Of a stretch of 64,000 nucleotides of DNA, positions 30,386 through 39,966 are shown in pieces (position 1 is the stretch's first letter; every line of letters begins with the position of its first letter). The stretch covers positions 1-64,000 of the forward strand of contig JAVKIP010000013.1 of NCBI GenBank assembly GCA_031459385.1, read 5' to 3'. Origin of the DNA: Candidatus Fervidifonticultor secundus. Its GTDB lineage: Bacteria; Sysuimicrobiota; Sysuimicrobiia; Sysuimicrobiales; Humicultoraceae. Below the pieces are notes generated by a model. It saw nothing but the letters and a program-made list of their open reading frames with translations, ran no database searches and had not been told where the DNA came from. The position numbers were made by a program, and so were the translations under genes.

Positions 30386-31858
30386 TCACGCAAGCTGGTA
30401 CTCGGCACTGCTCATGAGCAGGTGCAGGGCGCTGCGCAGCCGCATCCCGCTGTCGGGCGCCCCGACGTCGAACGGCGCCTGCGGGTCCGACGCGCCCAGC
30501 GCCCGCACCAGCGCGGCCCGGCGCCCGGCGTCGAGCCCGCCGACCAGGGCACCGGCCAGGCGGTCGACCACCTCGCTGGCGGTGCGCGCCCCCTCCACCA
30601 GGCGCATAACTGCTGCCGGCACCGGGGGGAGGTCGCGCTGACGCCGGGCGATGCCCGGCGCCCCGCCGGTCAGCACCAGCGCCGAGAAGTTGTACCGCTG
30701 AAGGATGGTGGACGTGGTGATCCAGCGCTCGCCCTGCGGCCAGCCGCCCACGTTGGGCGGGGCGAAGAGCGCCTGCCCCATCAGGTCCATGGCGCGCAGC
30801 AGCTGCGGCGCGCGCGCGGGCTCGATCTCCAGCAGCCGGGCCGTGCCCACGACCAGCTGTGCCGGGCTCTTGACCTGGGTGCGCATCGCCCGCGGCGAGT
30901 AGAACGCCTGCGAGGTCAGGATCGCCCGCACCAGCGGGCGGACCTCGAACGCGCTGCGGCGGAACAGATCGGCCATCTCCTCCACCAGGTGCTCCTCGGG
31001 CCGCAGGTAGCCGAAGTACTCGAACAGCCGGGTGGGCAGGCGCCGGGCGGTGGCCGGCTGCTCGAAGATGACATCGATGATGTCGGTGCCGTCGAGGTTG
31101 CCGGTGCGGCCCAGGAACGTCTTGGGGCCGTCGTCGTGCCAGGCGGGGTTGAAGACGAATTCGGGGAGGTACCCGCGGTGGGTCCAGCCCGTGAACGCCC
31201 GCGCCGCTTCCCTGACGTCCTGCTCGGTATAGTGGCCGATGCCCATCGTGAACAGCTCCAGCAGCTCGCGGGCGTAGTTCTCGTTGGGCCTGCCCTTGCG
31301 GTTGCTGTCGTTGTCGAGGTACTGCAGCATGGCCGGGTCCCGGCTGATGGCCAGGACCAACGCCTTGAAGTTGCCCAGCGCCATGCGCCGGAACAGCTCG
31401 TTCTGCACGTAGAGGAACTCGGCGATGCGCGCGTCGGGATAGCCCGAGACGAGGAACCCGTGCCAGAACAGCACCATCTTCTCCTGCAGGGGCCGGCGCG
31501 TCTGGATCATGCGTGCCAGCCACCAGGCCCGCAGCTCCTGCAGCTTCTGCACGTTGGCGCGCAGCGCTGCCTGGAATGCCTGGCGGCGCTCGGCCTCGGG
31601 CGCGCGACCGGCGCGCAAGCGAGCGACCTCCTCGAACAGCGCCCGCACGTCCGAGAAGTTCGGCGGCGGAAACTCCTCGGGGATCCGGTCGTAGTTCAGC
31701 AGTTCCTCCACCGCGGCCTCGGGACCCAGGCGGAGGACGTGGTCGACCTCTTCGGGGCGGCCGCCGAAGCCCGCGCGGTTGAGCAGGTGGGCCGCCTTGG
31801 CGCGGTCCCACCGATGCGACGTCGAGGGGACGAACCTGGCCAGGCTGTGCTCTGCCAT
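30386..31858 (-). CDS. DUF1800 family protein
   Basis: HLLNRAGFG, EKMVLFWH, YLDN, NENYARELLELFTMG, PPNVGGW. Confidence 0.92.
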   Translation of the reverse strand: MAEHSLARFVPSTSHRWDRAKAAHLLNRAGFGGRPEEVDHVLRLGPEAAVEELLNYDRIPEEFPPPNFSDVRALFEEVARLRAGRAPEAERRQAFQAALRANVQKLQELRAWWLARMIQTRRPLQEKMVLFWHGFLVSGYPDARIAEFLYVQNELFRRMALGNFKALVLAISRDPAMLQYLDNDSNRKGRPNENYARELLELFTMGIGHYTEQDVREAARAFTGWTHRGYLPEFVFNPAWHDDGPKTFLGRTGNLDGTDIIDVIFEQPATARRLPTRLFEYFGYLRPEEHLVEEMADLFRRSAFEVRPLVRAILTSQAFYSPRAMRTQVKSPAQLVVGTARLLEIEPARAPQLLRAMDLMGQALFAPPNVGGWPQGERWITTSTILQRYNFSALVLTGGAPGIARRQRDLPPVPAAVMRLVEGARTASEVVDRLAGALVGGLDAGRRAALVRALGASDPQAPFDVGAPDSGMRLRSALHLLMSSAEYQLA

Positions 31859-32099
31859 CCCGCTCACCGCGGCCGACGACTCCCGGCAGGGGTGCATCCT
31901 GTGCCCATCCAGCTTGACGGTCTGGCCGAGAGCACGGTTTAGCGTCGCAGTGACGCACGGCGCCGCCGGCGGCTAGGGCACGTCCTCCCAGCGCGCCGGC
32001 TGGCTGCGTCTTGGAGATACGCCTGCACCTGCGCGAACTCCCGGGCCGTGTACAGGCTGTCGCGCTTGCCGGCCAGGTCCGCGTCCCCCACGTAGGCGC

Positions 32100-32570
32100 C
32101 TGCGCCCAGAGCACGCCCCGGCCCGCGGTGGAGGCCCACCTGCATACCTGCGCCATACCGGGCAGAGCTTGCCGAGATGCGCGAGCCGCGGCTGCTTCGC
32201 CGGGGGCCGTCGCGCAGACGGCGTCGCCGCCGGGCCTGCGCGCGCGTGCCGGAGGCGGTGCGGACCGAGGCGCCCCGCCTCGCGCCGCAGCGTGGCCGGC
32301 CTGCCTGGCCGCCCAGGAGCGGGTCATGGCCCTGCTGGCCGCCCCGAAGGCCAGGAGCGCGGCGCTGACAGGTCAGGTACAGGCGAGCGCGCACTTTATG
32401 TACGATCCGTCTTCCGGCCGCGGTGCGCTGATCGTGAGCGGCGCCCGCTGATCACGCCGGTGACCGCAGACTCCGGGCGCTGCCAGGCCGTGGCCATCAG
32501 CGTCGAACAGGGGCCTCGGGGCGCGCCGCAGCCAGCGTCGTCGTCTGTCCTGGGGGGCTCGCTGAAGCCG
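32100..32570 (+). pseudogene. Decayed RskA-like zinc-binding anti-sigma factor
   Basis: Across shifting frames: VEAHLHTCAI[C]RAELAEM, PPGLRARV, ALLAAP...YDPSSGRGALIVSG, AVAISVEQGPRGAPQP. Confidence 0.65.
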
Positions 32571-32894
32571 CGCGCCCCTGCCAGAACGCCAGGGCGACCG
32601 CGCCCAAGCCCAGGGCCACCAGGAACAGACACAGGAAAATGCCGAAGTACACCGGCGACCACCGCGTCTGACCCTATGGGCCCGTGCAGCTCCACGACGC
32701 CGCCGACGGCGCGGCCCGCGCCGGAGCCGCGGTCCACAGCCCGAGGGACAGCGCGCGGCTCACCACGGTCACGGCGCGAGCGGCTCTGCTCATCGTGGCA
32801 CCTCCTGCTCCGGCCCCACCTTAGCACGCCAGTGGGGTGCCTGGCCGGCGCAGGAGTCGGCGGGCCGCAGCCGAAGGCTTCACAGGAACCGGTC

Positions 32895-33404
32895 ATGGCT
32901 ACCACCCGCGCGCGTCCCGACCTCACGCCGCTGGACTGCGAGATCCGTCCCGCAACCGTCCGCGACGTGTCCGAGATCGTGGCTCTCTGGGGCGAACTCG
33001 CGCGCCTCCACGCCGGCCTGGACCCGGCATTCGCTCCGTCGGCACAGTGGCAGGACGAGTACCGCTACTTTCTCCGGTCGCTGTTGGGACGCGACGATGC
33101 CCTGGCGGTGGTCGCCGTCCGGGAGGCGCGCCTGATCGGCTATGCCGTCGGGCGCCTGACGGTGCTGCCCGGCTTCTTCGAGGAGCGGCGGCGCGGGTAC
33201 ATCCACGACGTGGTGACACGCCACGCGTACCGGCGGCGCGGTGTGGGACGTCGGCTCGTCCAGGCGCTGCTGGACTGGATGGCCGAGGCAGGTGTCCCTA
33301 CCGTGGAGCTCACCGTCGCGGTGGGCAACGACGAGGCGATGGCATTCTGGGAGCGAATGGGATTCTCGCCCTACATGTTGCACTACAAGCGCGACCTGCG
33401 CTGA
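32895..33404 (+). CDS. GNAT-family N-acetyltransferase
   Basis: IRPAT, YRRRGVGRRL, NDEAMAFWERMGF. Confidence 0.9.
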   Translation: MATTRARPDLTPLDCEIRPATVRDVSEIVALWGELARLHAGLDPAFAPSAQWQDEYRYFLRSLLGRDDALAVVAVREARLIGYAVGRLTVLPGFFEERRRGYIHDVVTRHAYRRRGVGRRLVQALLDWMAEAGVPTVELTVAVGNDEAMAFWERMGFSPYMLHYKRDLR

Positions 33405-33483
33405 CACAGGACCGCACCAGCGCGCCATGCGCACGCCATATCCCCACGAGGTCGACGCCCCGGGCGCCGGAGTCTGACCTGCG

Positions 33484-34071
33484 GTGTCCGCCCTCGGCTT
33501 CCTGCCCGCCCGCACGCGCCTGGTCCTCCTGTGCCGCGGCGCCATGGACTGGGCGCAGGCCGCCGGGGGCGAGCCGCCGCTGTCGGCCGCAGGTCTGGCC
33601 GCCGTCGAGCAGGCGGCTGCGACGCTGCCAGGGTTCGGGCAGATCGTCGCCAGCGCGCAGCGCGCCGCGCGGGAGACCGCGGAGGCACTCAGCGCCATCC
33701 GTGGCGTGCCCGTGTGGTGGCGCGACGATCTGGACGAGCTCCGCGCCACGCCTCCCCTCACCGACGCTGCCGCCTACGCGCAGTGGGTGGACAGCCTGTT
33801 CGACGCGGACGCGCCCGGCGGGGAGTCGCTCAGCGACGGCGCGCAGCGCCTGACGCAGGCGCTCGTGGCGATCGGCGATCGCTTCTACGGCCGCTCCACC
33901 CTGGTGGTCAGCCATCCGGTGGTGCTGGCGGCCTTCCAGGCCGTCCGGCGGGGCGCGATGCCGGCCCGGGAAGACGTCACAGCGCTGCCCGACCTGGGCG
34001 CGGCGATCGTGGAGTACCTGGAGGGGCGCTTCTACTTGGTGCAGGACTTCCCGGTCCGGCGGAGAGCCTGA
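33484..34071 (+). CDS. Histidine-phosphatase-fold protein lacking the RHG catalytic motif
   Basis: LVLLCRGAMDW, ARETA, DLDE, GGES and VVSH in canonical order. Confidence 0.75.
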   Translation: MSALGFLPARTRLVLLCRGAMDWAQAAGGEPPLSAAGLAAVEQAAATLPGFGQIVASAQRAARETAEALSAIRGVPVWWRDDLDELRATPPLTDAAAYAQWVDSLFDADAPGGESLSDGAQRLTQALVAIGDRFYGRSTLVVSHPVVLAAFQAVRRGAMPAREDVTALPDLGAAIVEYLEGRFYLVQDFPVRRRA

Positions 34072-34082
34072 GGGTTCTCGTG

Positions 34083-35075
34083 ATGGAGCTTCGAACGCCG
34101 ACGGTAGCCGACGTGCTCGACGCCCGCCGGGCCATCGCCCCGCACCTGCGGCGCACGCCTGTCGTTACCTCGTCGCTGCTGGATCGGGTGCTGGGGTGTC
34201 ACGCCTTCGTCAAGTGCGAGAGCGCCAACCCCACGCGCGCGTTCAAGGTACGGGGCGGGATCAACCTGATCTCGCGCCTGACAGACGACGAGCGGCGGCG
34301 CGGCGTGATCGCCTCTTCGACGGGCAACCACGGCCAGTCCGTCGCCTACGCAGCACGGCTGTTCGGCGTACCCGCCATCATCGGCGTCCCGCGCAATGCC
34401 AACCCCGTCAAGCTGGCGGCGATGCGCGACCTGGGTGCCGAGGTCGTCGAGGTCGGACGCGACTTCGACGAGGCACGCGAGTGGGTCGAGCGCACCGCCG
34501 CCGCCGAGGGCTACCGCTACATCCACTCGGCCAACGAGCCGCTCCTGATCGCCGGTGTGGCCACCATCAGCCTGGAGTTCCTGGAAGACGTTCCCGACCT
34601 GGACGTCATCGTGGTCCCCGTGGGCGCGGGCTCGGGCGCCTGCGGGCACTGCATCGTCGCCAAGACGCTCAATCCCCAAATCGAGGTGATCGGCGTCCAG
34701 GCCACCGGCGCCCCGGCGGTGGCCCGGTCGTGGCGGGAGCGCCGGATGATTCCGACGGACGAGATCGCCACGAGGGCCGAAGGCCTGGCCAGCCGCGTCC
34801 CCTTCGAGCTGACGCTGCGCATCCTGTGGGAACGGCTGGACGACATGCTCCTGGTGACCGACGAGGAGATGGAGGAGGGGATTCGAATTCTCCTCGAAAC
34901 GACCCGCCAGGTGGCCGAGCACGCCGGCGCGGCGCCCGTCGCGGCCGCCAGGCGCCTGCGGGATCGCCTCGCTGGCCGGAAGGTCGGGCTGATTCTCAGT
35001 GGCGCGAACATCACCCTGGACGCGCTGCGCGCGGTCCTCGCCTCGGCGTCGGACGCGACGGCGCGGGCGCCGTGA
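34083..35075 (+). CDS. PLP-dependent threonine/serine dehydratase family
   Basis: KCES..PTRAFKVRG, SSTGNHGQ, PVGAGSG, LSGAN. Confidence 0.92.
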   Translation: MELRTPTVADVLDARRAIAPHLRRTPVVTSSLLDRVLGCHAFVKCESANPTRAFKVRGGINLISRLTDDERRRGVIASSTGNHGQSVAYAARLFGVPAIIGVPRNANPVKLAAMRDLGAEVVEVGRDFDEAREWVERTAAAEGYRYIHSANEPLLIAGVATISLEFLEDVPDLDVIVVPVGAGSGACGHCIVAKTLNPQIEVIGVQATGAPAVARSWRERRMIPTDEIATRAEGLASRVPFELTLRILWERLDDMLLVTDEEMEEGIRILLETTRQVAEHAGAAPVAAARRLRDRLAGRKVGLILSGANITLDALRAVLASASDATARAP

Positions 35076-35105
35076 GATGTCGTGCAGGGAAAGGAGAGGA
35101 GATCG

Positions 35106-36089
35106 GTGACGAAGCGCGAGCGGGTGTATGCTGCGATCGACGGGAAGCCGGTCGACCGCCCCCCCGTGGCGCTGTGGCGGCACTTCCCGCAGGAGGACCA
35201 CAAACCCGACCTGCTGGCGCAGGCCCACGTGGCCTTCTTCAAGGCCTACGACTGGGACTTCCTGAAGATCACGCCGGCCTCGTCGTTCTACGGCGACGAC
35301 TGGGGGCTGCGGTCAGTCTACCGCCCCAACCGCGAGGGCGTGCGCCACTACACCGACCGGCCCATCAAGAAGGAGACCGACTGGCCCAAGCTCAAGCGGC
35401 TGGACGTGACCGCGGGCGCCCACGGCCGCGAGCTGCAGACGATCCGGCTGCTCCGCAGGGCGCTGCCCGACGAGATCTTGCTGGCCTCGGTGTTCAGCCC
35501 GCTGACCATCGCCCGCAGCCTGGCCGGCGAGACCGCGCTGCTGCGCTACCTGCGCGAGACCCCCGACGAGATGCACGAGGGGCTCGACATCATCGCCGAG
35601 GCCACCGGCCGGTTCGCCGAGGAGTGTCTGGCGGCCGGCGCCGACGGCATCTTCTTCGCCACCCAGTGCGCCTCCACAGGCTACATGACCATCGAGGAGT
35701 ACGAGGAGTTCGGCCGGCCCTACGACCTGCGGGTGCTGGATGCAGCGCGGCACGCCGAGATCATCCTGCTCCACATCCACGGCGAGCGGATCATGTTCGA
35801 GCAACTCACCGACTACCCGGTGAACGTCATCAACTGGCACGACCGCAAGACGCACCCGACGCTGGCCGAGGCCCGCGAACTCTACTCGGGCACCATCGCC
35901 GGTGGCGTCGACAGCATGGAGACGATCGGCGGCGCCGCGCCGGAGAAGGTCGCCGCCGAGGTCAAAGACGCCATCGCCCAGACCAGGGGGCACCGCCACA
36001 TCGTCACCGCGGGATGCGTGATCCCCATCGACGCGCCCGAGGCCAACCTGCGGGCGGTGCGCCAGGCGGTGGAGGTCGTCCAGGCGTAG
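35106..36089 (+). CDS. Uroporphyrinogen decarboxylase/MtaA-superfamily protein (not canonical HemE)
   Basis: RERVYAAI...DRPPV, GADGIF, LHIHG, TAGCVIP; lacks the HemE WxMRQAGR motif. Confidence 0.85.
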   Translation: MTKRERVYAAIDGKPVDRPPVALWRHFPQEDHKPDLLAQAHVAFFKAYDWDFLKITPASSFYGDDWGLRSVYRPNREGVRHYTDRPIKKETDWPKLKRLDVTAGAHGRELQTIRLLRRALPDEILLASVFSPLTIARSLAGETALLRYLRETPDEMHEGLDIIAEATGRFAEECLAAGADGIFFATQCASTGYMTIEEYEEFGRPYDLRVLDAARHAEIILLHIHGERIMFEQLTDYPVNVINWHDRKTHPTLAEARELYSGTIAGGVDSMETIGGAAPEKVAAEVKDAIAQTRGHRHIVTAGCVIPIDAPEANLRAVRQAVEVVQA

Positions 36090-36287
36090 GCGCCGCCCCG
36101 GCACCATCGGTCCGCCCGACGGCCCGGCCCCCACTCGCCACCCCTGGGCGTTCGTCGCAGGTGGCGCCGCGCCCCAGGCATCCCGGCAGGAGTCGGCCTG
36201 GCTCCCGTGAACAAGCCGTCGATACCATCGTCAGCGCGCGCAGGCTGCTGGACCGGCGAACTGAGCACCGTCGAAGGGGGGAGGGGG

Positions 36288-37877
36288 ATGTCGCAGGTCA
36301 ATCGGCTCGCTGTGGATTTCTGGACCGGCAAGCTGTCGCGTCGGGCGTTCCTGGCCAGGGCCGCGGCCCTGGGCCTGTCGACCGGGGTCGTCGCCGAGGT
36401 GCTGGCGGGACGGCTGCCGCGCGCTGCGGCCGGGGCCGTGGAACCCCGACGCGGCGGCACGCTGCGCGTGGCCCTCGACGGAGAGATCGACACCATCGAC
36501 CCGCACAAGTCGGTCACCATCGTCGGCTTCCAGGTCTACACGCAGATCTACGAGGGGCTGGTGCGGGCCAACCCGACGCTCGACGGCATGGTGCCGCTCC
36601 TGGCCGAACGCTGGGAGCAACCCAACCCGACGACGTACGTCTTCCACCTCCGCCGCGGCGTCCGGTTCCACAACGGCAAGGAGTTCAAGGCCGAGGACGT
36701 GGCGTTCACCTTCGAACGGGTGATGGACCAGCGTTTCGCCTCGCCGCGCCGGCCTGACTTCCTGCCGGTCAAGGCCCTCGAGGTGGTGAACGACTACGCG
36801 GTGCGCTTCGTCATGTCGGCCCCGTTTTCGCCGTTCATCTCCAAGCTCGAGACGCTGCGCATCGTGCCGAAGCTGCCGGGCCACGACTTCGTCCGCCAGC
36901 CGATCGGCACCGGGCCGTTCCAGTTCGTCGAGTGGGTCTCGGGCCAGCATATCACGCTGCGACGCAACAACGCCTACTGGCAGGAGAGCCTGCCCTACCT
37001 GGCCGGCGTCCAGTTCCGGCCGATCCCCGAGCCCGCCACGCGGGTGGTGGCGTTGCGCACCGGCGACGTAGACGTGCTCAACGCGGTGCCTTTGAAGGAT
37101 GTCAGTACCCTGGAGCGCGACCCGAAGATCAAAGTCCACCGGCAGATGGGCGTGGTACGCGACCACCTGGGCTTCCACATGCAGCGGCCGCCGTTCCAGA
37201 ACAACCCCAACCTGCGTCTGGCCCTGGCCTGGGCCGTCGACCGCAAGACCATCGTGGACGACATCCTCTTCGGCCACGCGAAGCCCGCGATGGTGCCCAT
37301 CCCGGAGAGCCACTGGGCGTTCAACCCCAAGGTGCGCGGGGCCCACGGCTACGACCTGGACCGGGCCCGCCGCTACCTGGCCGAGGCCAACCCCAGGCCC
37401 AGCGAGATCAGCATCAAGGTCTCGCCGACCTATCCCGACCAGATCAAGATGGCCGAGCTGCTACAGGCCTCCCTGGCGCAGTTGGGCGTACGGCTCAACA
37501 TCATCCAGCTCGAGTGGTCCACCTGGATCCGCGAGGTCGTCTCGCAGGGTAACTACGAGGCGGAGATCGTGTTGATCTCCGGGGGCATCGATCCCGACGA
37601 CTTCTTCTACCAGTGGCTGAAGTCGGGCCAGGTCTTCAACATCTGGCGCTACGCGGACCCGCGGATGGACGACCTGCTGGACCGGGCACGCCTGGCCACC
37701 AGCCAGCGCGAACGGCAGGCGCTCTACCACCAGATTCAGGAGAAGCTGGTGGCCGATGCGCCCATGTCGCACATCGTCTACCGCGAGTCGGTGATGCCCG
37801 TGACGGCCGACCTGCGCGACTTCGTCATGACGGGCCGCTACGACATGGACTTCCGGCGCGTCTGGCTGGCCCGCTGA
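36288..37877 (+). CDS. ABC transporter substrate-binding protein, family 5, Tat-like signal
   Basis: LSRRAFL, LRRGVRFHNG, GTGPF. Confidence 0.93.
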   Translation: MSQVNRLAVDFWTGKLSRRAFLARAAALGLSTGVVAEVLAGRLPRAAAGAVEPRRGGTLRVALDGEIDTIDPHKSVTIVGFQVYTQIYEGLVRANPTLDGMVPLLAERWEQPNPTTYVFHLRRGVRFHNGKEFKAEDVAFTFERVMDQRFASPRRPDFLPVKALEVVNDYAVRFVMSAPFSPFISKLETLRIVPKLPGHDFVRQPIGTGPFQFVEWVSGQHITLRRNNAYWQESLPYLAGVQFRPIPEPATRVVALRTGDVDVLNAVPLKDVSTLERDPKIKVHRQMGVVRDHLGFHMQRPPFQNNPNLRLALAWAVDRKTIVDDILFGHAKPAMVPIPESHWAFNPKVRGAHGYDLDRARRYLAEANPRPSEISIKVSPTYPDQIKMAELLQASLAQLGVRLNIIQLEWSTWIREVVSQGNYEAEIVLISGGIDPDDFFYQWLKSGQVFNIWRYADPRMDDLLDRARLATSQRERQALYHQIQEKLVADAPMSHIVYRESVMPVTADLRDFVMTGRYDMDFRRVWLAR

Positions 37878-37898
37878 TGGCCTGCCGGCGCTGATCCG

Positions 37899-37927
37899 GG
37901 GGAGGAGGCCGCCGCGGCCTCCTCCCC
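37899..37927 (+). other. 13-bp intercistronic hairpin between SBP and permease (possible mRNA-stabilising element)
   Basis: GGGGAGGAGGCCG-CCG-CGGCCTCCTCCCC; no U-tract. Confidence 0.6.
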
Positions 37928-37930
37928 GCG

Positions 37931-38893
37931 GTGCCTGTCGTGAGCCGCTACCTGGCGGGGCGCCTCTTCCACATGGTCCTGGTGCTGTTCGGGATCTCGG
38001 TGGTGGTCTTCGTCATGCTCAAGCTCACCCCCGGCGATCCCGCGGCCACCTTGCTCGGCGTGCAGGCCACACCCGAGGAGCTGGCCCGGGTGCGCCGCGC
38101 CATGGGCCTCGACCGGCCGTGGCTCGTCCAGTTCGGCCTGTGGCTGGGCCGGGTGCTCCAGGGCGACCTGGGGGTATCGTACATCAGCCGCAAGCCCGTC
38201 GCCGAGCTGATCCTCACCCGGTTTCCCGTCACCCTGGAGCTGACGGTGGTGGCCATGGTGCTGGCCGCGGCCATCGGCATTCCGGCCGGCGTGATCTCGG
38301 CGAGCCGGCGGTACACCGGCCTGGACTACTCCATCACCTCGCTGGCCCTGTTCGGCGTCAGCATGCCGTCGTTCTGGTTCGGCATCCTGCTCATCCTCCT
38401 GTTCTCGCTCTACCTGGGCTGGCTGCCGGCGTCGGGCTACGCGCCCGTCGCCCGCGGCCTCGGCGAGCACGTCAGGCACCTGGTGATGCCGGCGCTGTCG
38501 CTGGGCCTGTTTCTCTCCGGCAGCCTGGCGCGCTTCACCCGGTCGTCGATGGTGGAGACGCTGGCCCAGGACTACATCCGCACCGGAAGGGCCAAGGGGC
38601 TCGCCGAGCGCGTCGTGGTCTACCGGCACGCGCTGAAGAATGCCCTGATCCCCACGGCCACGGTCCTGGGACTGCAGTTCGGCTTCCTCATGGGCGGCGC
38701 CGTGATCATCGAGCAGGTCTTCGCGTACCCGGGCGTGGGCTGGCTGGTGCTCATCGCGGTCGCCCAGCGGGACTACCCCGTCGTGCAGGGCGTGGTGCTG
38801 GTCGTGGCCGCGGTCTTCGCGCTGGCGAACCTGCTCGTGGACATCGCCTATACCTGGCTGAACCCCAAGATCCGGTACGGGAGCGAGGGGTAG
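37931..38893 (+). CDS. ABC permease, DppB/OppB-like
   Basis: PGDPA, DYIRTGRAKG, RDYPVVQG, NPKIR. Confidence 0.95.
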   Translation: MPVVSRYLAGRLFHMVLVLFGISVVVFVMLKLTPGDPAATLLGVQATPEELARVRRAMGLDRPWLVQFGLWLGRVLQGDLGVSYISRKPVAELILTRFPVTLELTVVAMVLAAAIGIPAGVISASRRYTGLDYSITSLALFGVSMPSFWFGILLILLFSLYLGWLPASGYAPVARGLGEHVRHLVMPALSLGLFLSGSLARFTRSSMVETLAQDYIRTGRAKGLAERVVVYRHALKNALIPTATVLGLQFGFLMGGAVIIEQVFAYPGVGWLVLIAVAQRDYPVVQGVVLVVAAVFALANLLVDIAYTWLNPKIRYGSEG

Positions 38894-38898
38894 CGACG

Positions 38899-39801
38899 AT
38901 GGCCCGGGAGCTCGCGACGCGGGAGCGGGTGGCCCCGGCGCGGCGGCCCGCCTACCAGCCGGCCGGCACGCTGGTGCAGGTGTGGAGGATGCTGCGGCGC
39001 CACCGGCTGGCGGCGGTCGGCCTGGTCGTCGCCGGGCTGCTGGTGGGCGCGGCGATCTTCGCCGACCTGGTGGCGCCGTACCCGCCGTTGCAGATCGCCA
39101 TGCCCGAGCGCCTGCAGCCGCCGTCGCCACGGCACCTGCTGGGCACCGACGACTTCGGCCGCGACGTCCTCTCCCGCATCATCCACGGCAGTCGCGTCTC
39201 GCTCCAGGTCGGCGCGATCGCGGTGGGAATCGCCCTGACCGTGGGCGTCGTGCTGGGCATCGCCGCCGGCTACCTGGGCGGCCGGACCGACAGCGTCATC
39301 ATGCGTGCTATGGACATCGTCCTGGCGTTTCCCGCGATCCTGCTCGCCATCGCCATCATGGCGATCCTCGGCCCCGGCACGGTCAACGTCATGATCGCCA
39401 TCGGCATCGTCTACGTCCCCATCTTCGCGCGCGTCGTGCGCGCCAGCACCCTGCAGGTCAAGGCCAACGAGTACATCGAGGCCGCGCGGGCCCTGGGCGC
39501 ATCGGATGCCCGCATCGTCCTCCGCCACGTTCTGCCGGGGACGGTGGACACGGCGGTCGTGCAGGCGTCGCTGTCGCTGGCCTTCGCCATTCTGGCCGAG
39601 GCCGCGCTCTCGTTCCTGGGGCTGGGCACGCAACCGCCGACACCGTCGTGGGGCTCGATGCTGGCCCAGGGCCGCGAGTGGATCGAGCGCGCCCCCTGGC
39701 TCACGCTCTTCCCGGGCGCCGCCATCTTCGTCACGGTGCTGGCGCTGAACGTCATCGGCGACGGCCTGCGCGACGCGCTGGACCCCCGACTCCGCGTCTA
39801 G
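38899..39801 (+). CDS. ABC permease, DppC/OppC-like
   Basis: LGTDDFGRD, EYIEAARALG, GDGLRDALDP. Confidence 0.95.
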   Translation: MARELATRERVAPARRPAYQPAGTLVQVWRMLRRHRLAAVGLVVAGLLVGAAIFADLVAPYPPLQIAMPERLQPPSPRHLLGTDDFGRDVLSRIIHGSRVSLQVGAIAVGIALTVGVVLGIAAGYLGGRTDSVIMRAMDIVLAFPAILLAIAIMAILGPGTVNVMIAIGIVYVPIFARVVRASTLQVKANEYIEAARALGASDARIVLRHVLPGTVDTAVVQASLSLAFAILAEAALSFLGLGTQPPTPSWGSMLAQGREWIERAPWLTLFPGAAIFVTVLALNVIGDGLRDALDPRLRV

Positions 39802-39966
39802 CCTCGGCGCGCACCGGGGGACCATCTGTTCCTCGGCCCGCGCTCGCCGTCGCAGCCCCGCGCCCGGCGCCGAGGGGAACCCTCCCGCCCGTCGAATCAC
39901 CAGGGCCGGCATCTTCAGAGCGCGCGGCTGGCGGCCGTGCGGGGATGCCGTGCGGGGGGACATTCC

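Noticed and set aside
35106..36089. Calling this gene hemE
   Set aside because: HemE signature motif absent and no heme-pathway context
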